DNA from: a virus
Length of the DNA: 64,000 nucleotides
Direction: 5' to 3' (one strand)
IMG/VR virus record: IMGVR_UViG_3300020182_000007
Every line of letters starts with the position of its first letter. The stretch's first letter is position 1. Positions 59,051 to 64,000 of this stretch are shown here, piece after piece. The translations under genes were made by a program, and so were the position numbers. The notes under the pieces are model-generated. The model saw nothing but the letters and a program-made list of their open reading frames with translations. It had not been told where the DNA came from and ran no database searches.

Positions 59051-59996
59051 TTCTTTTTTCTTTTACAAAACGTTGGAGTTGCTCCATTGCTAGCTTTCTC
59101 TTTGCTATTTCCATAAGATCACCTTCTTCTTGATTATCTGTGATGTCTTTAACTACAGCACCAACTGAAGTTGGATTATTTTCATAAGAATCTGGCTCTT
59201 CAGATTTGGTAATATCGGACCATGGTTCAATTATTACAGGATCTATTACATCAATATCTGCTAATCCGTCGTTGAGTGTAACATCTAAGTCATGAAAATC
59301 ATCTTTATTAGATTCTACTAGTTCTTCTTTGTAACTTTCAGCAGCGTTTACTAATGCTGCATTTGGAGGATCTAGGACATCTTCTAATTCATATTCTGGA
59401 AAATCATCCTCACCAAACTCATCAAAATCTGACATGTCATTCATTACCCTGTCTAATTCATGATCTTCGTCCCATTCTTTTTCTGGAATAGGATCAGGTT
59501 CGCTTGTATCTTTCGCACCAATACTAGAAAAACTACTGTCTTCTGGTGTAAATTCGCTGTCATCCTGTGGTTTAATATAGTCTACTAATGATTTTATAAA
59601 TCCTAGAGCTACTAGTGGCAGTATTGCTCCTGATACTAAAGAAAGAATTCTTTTCTGGTATAGAGGCTCTTCTTCAATTAAGTTAAATAATTCCGACCAG
59701 CTTTGAAAGTTTTCTAAGTTCGTAAATGCATGGTACATATTACCTTGCATTTGCATTAGTGTAATTGTAATAAATAGAGCCCATACTAGAGTTTTATTCA
59801 TTTTGTCTAAAATAACAAGCGATGCTAGCGAAGCAGCAGCTCCTACTTCAAATCCGATTGCCAATGTAACTGCCAACCAATACGGGTTTGACAATTCGAA
59901 GAAGTTAATTACATGTATTGTAGATACTATACTAACTAATAAGTACAGAGACACAAACGTTCCTATGACAAAATTCTTTACTAGATTATTATTCAT
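59022..59996 (-). CDS. Multi-TM membrane protein with long acidic tail
   Basis: About four hydrophobic helices in the first 135 aa, then a D/E-rich region. Confidence 0.7.
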   Translation of the reverse strand: MNNNLVKNFVIGTFVSLYLLVSIVSTIHVINFFELSNPYWLAVTLAIGFEVGAAASLASLVILDKMNKTLVWALFITITLMQMQGNMYHAFTNLENFQSWSELFNLIEEEPLYQKRILSLVSGAILPLVALGFIKSLVDYIKPQDDSEFTPEDSSFSSIGAKDTSEPDPIPEKEWDEDHELDRVMNDMSDFDEFGEDDFPEYELEDVLDPPNAALVNAAESYKEELVESNKDDFHDLDVTLNDGLADIDVIDPVIIEPWSDITKSEEPDSYENNPTSVGAVVKDITDNQEEGDLMEIAKRKLAMEQLQRFVKEKRNGKDSADKA

Positions 59997-60270
59997 CTTT
60001 ATTTTTATTTTTATAAAATACCTTATTGACTAAAAGATCTGGATTGTTTAGATCTTCCTTACGGCCTTTACATCCGCAGTCTTCCTTACCCATAGCGCCT
60101 GCTGCCATTTGTGCAAGTTTATCAAGGCGCATTGCTTTTGCAAGCTTTTCAAAGTCGTCTCCAAATCCTTGAGACTTAGTCTCGCTATTCATTAGTCTTC
60201 TTTTTCTTCTAATGCGTTTATTGAAATACGCTCTTTGTCTGATATTTCTTCTATTCTTAAAGTTTTCCAA
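59989..60270 (-). CDS. Conserved small phage protein (true start probably MNSETK)
   Basis: GFGDDF...EDCGCKGRKEDLN motif. Confidence 0.6.
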   Translation of the reverse strand: MENFKNRRNIRQRAYFNKRIRRKRRLMNSETKSQGFGDDFEKLAKAMRLDKLAQMAAGAMGKEDCGCKGRKEDLNNPDLLVNKVFYKNKNKDE

Positions 60271-60491
60271 GCTGGAGTCTCTTTAATCAATTCAATCATT
60301 TTACTTTCTGTGATGATTTTAGAACTTAAAGATGTTGTTAATGTGTCGATCTCTGACTCAGTTGCTCTTAAATCTTTTTTGATTCTATCAACATCAGAGT
60401 TAATAGAGCATGACTTGAAATAGGTTAAAATCAAAAGTATTATAATTACTTTTGATCCGTGATCTGCTAAAAATGAGTTTAATTTATTCAT
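60192..60491 (-). CDS. TM + coiled-coil protein, spanin-like candidate
   Basis: VIIILLILTYFKSC then heptads; near endolysin. Confidence 0.5.
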   Translation of the reverse strand: MNKLNSFLADHGSKVIIILLILTYFKSCSINSDVDRIKKDLRATESEIDTLTTSLSSKIITESKMIELIKETPAWKTLRIEEISDKERISINALEEKED

Positions 60492-60514
60492 AATTGTTTA
60501 TTTGTTTGACTTAT

Positions 60515-61276
60515 TTATATATCAAATTTCTCTCTAAACATCTCTCTACGCTTTAAGAATTGTTTTAGATAGAATTCTAAATCTGTTACAGTTAGTGTAA
60601 ATTTTTGCGGAATATCATCTATTTCGTTTGATACCCAGATTTCCGCTCCGTCTGCCTTAATACCAGTCCTATCCCAATATGCCATCCAATATGCTGATGT
60701 TTGTATGTAATAGTCGGTAATCCAGGATTCTCGCTTAGGTTTGCGGCTGTTTTTATAATCAATGACTTTGATTTTATTGTCGACTAGTTCTGATATATTA
60801 TCAACAGTTCCAGCCCAACCTCCACCTTTAGTGGTCCATAAAAAAGATTCAGATTCGATTACTTTTTTAATAGTTCCAAAATAATCAGAATGGTTATTAT
60901 AGAACTTATAGAACATTTCCCATGCACTATTCAACCATATTTCTCCGTTAGGATCTCCATTAAATTGAATACATTCTTCGTCGGTTTCTGATATTCTTTT
61001 TAAGACTTCAAGCCTTTCACTAGGTTCACCTGAAGTTTCTGACTTATATAATTCAATTAAGCGATGCATGATGGTACCTCGATTCATAGATAGATTTGAG
61101 ATTCTATCCGCTTCCTCTTCTCCAATCTTTTTTCTCCATCTGTCAATACCGGATTTATCCGTAGTATTGCCTAAAATAGTAGTAACAGAAGGTAACTTTG
61201 CAATTACCTTTCCGTCTAATGTTACTTGATAAAATCTATTTCCTAAATCATCATATACTCTCTCGATCTTTTCCAT
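60515..61276 (-). CDS. PD-(D/E)xK exonuclease (Cas4/lambda-exo-like)
   Basis: LPSVTTIL, RGTIMH, AGTVD, IDYKNS, QTSAY. Confidence 0.9.
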   Translation of the reverse strand: MEKIERVYDDLGNRFYQVTLDGKVIAKLPSVTTILGNTTDKSGIDRWRKKIGEEEADRISNLSMNRGTIMHRLIELYKSETSGEPSERLEVLKRISETDEECIQFNGDPNGEIWLNSAWEMFYKFYNNHSDYFGTIKKVIESESFLWTTKGGGWAGTVDNISELVDNKIKVIDYKNSRKPKRESWITDYYIQTSAYWMAYWDRTGIKADGAEIWVSNEIDDIPQKFTLTVTDLEFYLKQFLKRREMFREKFDI

Positions 61277-61770
61277 TATAGTATTGATTGTATACTATCC
61301 TTAGTTAAATTAAACAATTCTGTTAAATAACTATAGTTATTAACTATTAGTTTAATTAGGATGTATGTTGTTATTCCAATAATTGAGGTTCTGATCAAAT
61401 TACCTACAATTATCCAAAAGGCAAGTGATTCGTATTCTGGCCAGAGAACAACTAGATACGCAGGACTCCCTTTAATTTTTTCTATCTCTGGAAATACTAT
61501 ATCAGCTAATCCTATCTTAGCCATTACAGCACCGTATTTTGTAATTTGTTGAAGTACATATGCCTGTTGTACTTGATCTGCTGCTCCTTCAACTTCTTGG
61601 GGTATATTAATAACTCCATAAATCCTGCCTAACCAGTCAACCCTAAGACCATGTTCAGTATCTAGCATTTTTTGATTGTCGAATGCTGCCCTTCTAAAGA
61701 TAGACCAGATTCTAATTTCACTATAAAGTTCTAACCAGTATAAAAACGGGGCTTTAATTCTATCTAACAT
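61276..61770 (-). CDS. Hypothetical membrane protein
   Basis: LRVDWLGRIYGVIN motif, C-terminal TM helix. Confidence 0.65.
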   Translation of the reverse strand: MLDRIKAPFLYWLELYSEIRIWSIFRRAAFDNQKMLDTEHGLRVDWLGRIYGVINIPQEVEGAADQVQQAYVLQQITKYGAVMAKIGLADIVFPEIEKIKGSPAYLVVLWPEYESLAFWIIVGNLIRTSIIGITTYILIKLIVNNYSYLTELFNLTKDSIQSIL

Positions 61771-61973
61771 TAATTAGTTTTTTTATATAATAAATCATGA
61801 TTCTTTAGTATTGTGTATTCATTAAGTCCTATGTGTACGCAAATATATCCAACATGACTACTTTGTTTATATCCTACCTCTTCGTATTCATTAATGTCTG
61901 AAAACCACTGTCTAGACATTAAAACCTTTAGGTTTTCTATATCTCCTTCTTTAATCCAAATTTCAATAGTCAT
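61770..61973 (-). CDS. Hypothetical protein
   Basis: 67-aa ORF coupled to the downstream gene. Confidence 0.5.
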   Translation of the reverse strand: MTIEIWIKEGDIENLKVLMSRQWFSDINEYEEVGYKQSSHVGYICVHIGLNEYTILKNHDLLYKKTN

Positions 61974-61992
61974 TTTTAATTCTGTAGTTATT

Positions 61993-62017
61993 AAAATTAG
62001 GGCCCGAAGGCCCTAAT
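61993..62017 (-). terminator. UUCG-loop terminator
   Basis: attagggcc-cgaa-ggccctaat, T-run on the minus strand. Confidence 0.85.
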
Positions 62018-62019
62018 CT

Positions 62020-62199
62020 TTACTTTTTGTTAATTTCAGAAATCTCAGTACGTTGTTCCTGAGCCAATGCTTTTAAAGACTGCATTGCTTTTCTTACTCT
62101 TGTTCCTGCTGATTTGTTTCCACTCTCGTAGAACTTAACAACATCTGCACTTACTTCTTCTAGAAGCTCGACCATTTGGTCATAAATTGAATTTTCCAT
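62020..62199 (-). CDS. Histone H1-like (Hc1-type, Bacteroidota) small DNA-binding protein (59 aa, not in ORF track)
   Basis: MENSIYDQMVELLEEVSADVVKFYESGNKSAGTRVRKAMQSLKALAQEQRTEISEINKK; KFxxGNKxAGTRxRK signature. Confidence 0.85.
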   Translation of the reverse strand: MENSIYDQMVELLEEVSADVVKFYESGNKSAGTRVRKAMQSLKALAQEQRTEISEINKK

Positions 62200-62280
62200 G
62201 TTTAATTATTTATTTGTTTGTTTAATTTATATAAGGATTTAGTAATAAGTTTCAAAAGTATATTAAATATTATACAGGTA

Positions 62281-62592
62281 TTAAGATTTGCCTAGTGCGC
62301 ATTTACATAACGGAACTGACTCCAGATCTTCTTGAACCTCATATTCGCATTCTTCTATTCGTTCATCTAGATCATCACATATGTTTTCGATGCTATCGCA
62401 TCTAGTATTTAGGTCATCCACTAGTGTATCTAGTGTATCGTAGAGGTCATTTTGTTCTGCTTCTAATTCCAACATGTATTGTATTTTTAATTCAAGATCC
62501 GTTACGGTTCGAGACATATTAAACATTTTGTAAATTCCGGCAATTAATAGTGATAGTAGTACACCTGAGATAAAGGCAATTGTTTGTTCCAT
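62281..62592 (-). CDS. Membrane-anchored acidic coiled-coil protein
   Basis: N-terminal TM, D/E-rich heptads. Confidence 0.6.
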   Translation of the reverse strand: MEQTIAFISGVLLSLLIAGIYKMFNMSRTVTDLELKIQYMLELEAEQNDLYDTLDTLVDDLNTRCDSIENICDDLDERIEECEYEVQEDLESVPLCKCALGKS

Positions 62593-62652
62593 GATATTTG
62601 TTTTTTAAATTTATATGAAGTTATATGATTGTTTGTTTAAAAGTTTCATAAA

Positions 62653-63246
62653 TTACTTTAGGTCTTTTAAAATATCTCTACGTACACTTTCTAAATACTT
62701 TTCTCTTTTTTCTTGAGATATGAAAGGGACTGACCAAAATTGTTTGGTTTTAAACCAACGTGACAATTTCCAACCGAATACAAATGTGAATACGCCCATA
62801 ACCAATCTCAATTTAACTGAGTTTAGATATATCAATTTAACAGGAAGCCCTGGTGCGCCATGTGTGATGTATGTCCTAACTTTCTTATCATTTAATAGAG
62901 GTTTAGGATATGCGTAAGGACCAATAATAGGTATGAAATTGTATGCAAACCCTGGAGTAAAGACCTCATCAAAGAATATTTCCATTCTTGGAGTTAATCT
63001 AAACCACCACACTGGAGATACAAAATAAATCCTATCAGACCAAGTTACAAGTTCTTTATACTTTTTAATTAAGTCCGTCCTTGGTCTAGAGAATTCATCG
63101 CTATAGAGATCTAATACTTCTACATCTTCATTACGATCTTTTAATGTGTTTAAAATTGTTTTGTAAATCCCGTTATAACAGAATGATTTTTGATCGGGAT
63201 GTGATATTACAATTAAGTTTTTCATTTCTCTTCTGTGTTTGGCCAT
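62653..63246 (-). CDS. Flavodoxin-like NAD(P)H oxidoreductase (KefF/MdaB type); start probably MKNLIV
   Basis: SHPDQKSF, VLDLY, PVWWF, FFDEVFTPGFAY, THG. Confidence 0.88.
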   Translation of the reverse strand: MAKHRREMKNLIVISHPDQKSFCYNGIYKTILNTLKDRNEDVEVLDLYSDEFSRPRTDLIKKYKELVTWSDRIYFVSPVWWFRLTPRMEIFFDEVFTPGFAYNFIPIIGPYAYPKPLLNDKKVRTYITHGAPGLPVKLIYLNSVKLRLVMGVFTFVFGWKLSRWFKTKQFWSVPFISQEKREKYLESVRRDILKDLK

Positions 63247-63458
63247 TTAGTATCTGGATATTCAAAAGCCGGTACATTTGATGTTTGAGTAGAGCACCAT
63301 ACGTTTGGAGGGTTTCCAGTAGTATCATGCCGTGATGGATTTTGTACTATATACGGTATACTGATGGGAATTGGGTCATTTGCTAAGAGCAACATAGCCT
63401 CAGAAACTGTAATATTTTTATCTTCTAAAAGCCTTTCTATAATTTTTTCTTTTGTCAT
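63222..63458 (-). CDS. Hypothetical protein
   Basis: 78-aa ORF in operon. Confidence 0.5.
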   Translation of the reverse strand: MTKEKIIERLLEDKNITVSEAMLLLANDPIPISIPYIVQNPSRHDTTGNPPNVWCSTQTSNVPAFEYPDTKWPNTEEK

Positions 63459-63459
63459 A

Positions 63460-63798
63460 TTATTTATGTTTATGATATCCTTGTTTATTAGGATCTCCCC
63501 ATTCTCTATTTCTATTTATAGTCATTTTATATTCAGACGCCTGTAATAATAGATCCGTGTTTAAGTCACTTTTTCTTGCAGCATCTAATATAAGTATTAA
63601 ACAATCTGCAAATTCGCTGGCCATTCTGTGCTGTGCTAGCCCGGTAGGATCTTCTTCATAATTATTTTTTGCCTCAATAACTTCTTCAACCTCTTCCTTC
63701 AAGTGGTTTAAGATTCCAATAGTCCTATCAGTTTTTCCAAATGAAGCATCAGACCATTCTGCAATATTATTCTGTAATCTCTGTATTCTATCCATCAT
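63460..63798 (-). CDS. MazG-like (DUF550-type) nucleotide pyrophosphohydrolase
   Basis: WSDASFG, HLKEEVEE, EFADCLILILD, KMTINRNREW. Confidence 0.82.
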   Translation of the reverse strand: MMDRIQRLQNNIAEWSDASFGKTDRTIGILNHLKEEVEEVIEAKNNYEEDPTGLAQHRMASEFADCLILILDAARKSDLNTDLLLQASEYKMTINRNREWGDPNKQGYHKHK

Positions 63799-63964
63799 TG
63801 TTTTGTTTAAGCATTATCAATAGTGCAAGATACACCCAAAGTCCGTAAGGTACTAATATAAATATAATTCTCCATGCAATTGCTGAAGTACCTGACCATT
63901 CTGCAATTCCTGAACATACTCCACCAATATATCCTTTTTCTTCCTTTCTTTTTAAACCTAACAT
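63788..63964 (-). CDS. PspC-domain membrane protein (58 aa, not in ORF track)
   Basis: MLGLKRKEEKGYIGGVCSGIAEWSGTSAIAWRIIFILVPYGLWVYLALLIML...; GGVCSGIA PspC signature. Confidence 0.85.
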   Translation of the reverse strand: MLGLKRKEEKGYIGGVCSGIAEWSGTSAIAWRIIFILVPYGLWVYLALLIMLKQNNDG

Positions 63965-64000
63965 ATTATTAATTACTTGTTTTGTAAAAAATTAACACTG

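Noticed and set aside
60515-61276. Cas4 as evidence of a CRISPR system
   Set aside because: A stand-alone PD-(D/E)xK exonuclease typical of phages; no array or other cas genes.
1-64000. Genome-wide stop-codon reassignment (TGA or TAG)
   Set aside because: Conserved genes (thyA, clpC, ino1) are intact in code 11, and TGA and TAG end genes normally, with ATGA overlaps or a nearby in-frame stop; only one suspicious internal TGA was found.
1-64000. Cellular or eukaryotic giant-virus origin
   Set aside because: Peptidoglycan amidase and transglycosylase, T4-like UUCG terminators, CTS-like leaders and phage-style dense small ORFs indicate a bacteriophage; no rRNA or ribosomal protein genes.

Overview
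An AT-rich 64-kb segment of a large lytic dsDNA bacteriophage genome, probably a T4-like or jumbo phage. A Bacteroidota/Flavobacteria host is inferred from Bacteroidota-type ClpP, ClpC, M42 peptidase and Hc1-like proteins and from A-rich leaders lacking Shine-Dalgarno sequences. Almost all genes are on the minus strand, except a divergent early-gene island (about 19.5-26.4 kb) bracketed by two GC-rich, palindrome- and G-tract-rich non-coding blocks. Left to right: (1) a chain of modular fibre/collagen-like genes; (2) ClpP, ClpC and an M42 peptidase; (3) a nucleotide/DNA-modification region with a dCMP-type thymidylate-synthase homologue, canonical ThyA, a dimeric dUTPase/dCTPase, a 5-hmdU-DNA-kinase/aGPT-PPase-like protein, an FkbM methyltransferase, a HAD phosphatase, myo-inositol-1-phosphate synthase and DUF6378; (4) the early island with repeated ~77-bp promoters, DUF932, tRNA-Arg(UCU) and a RadA-like ATPase; (5) a glycosyl/pyruvyl-transferase cluster beside a Ser/Thr-rich collagen-like fibre; (6) putative head-packaged proteins with T4-CTS-like leaders and ESVVTE-linked polyproteins; (7) a GIY-YIG homing endonuclease with a start-codon-proximal hairpin and an interrupted ART-like gene; (8) a TibC-like heptosyltransferase fusion, an amidase endolysin and small accessory genes. 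The best candidates for undescribed systems are a possible inositol-based cytosine hypermodification pathway and modular protease-cleaved polyproteins joined by a conserved 18-bp linker. All family assignments are by motif recognition from memory, with no database search run.
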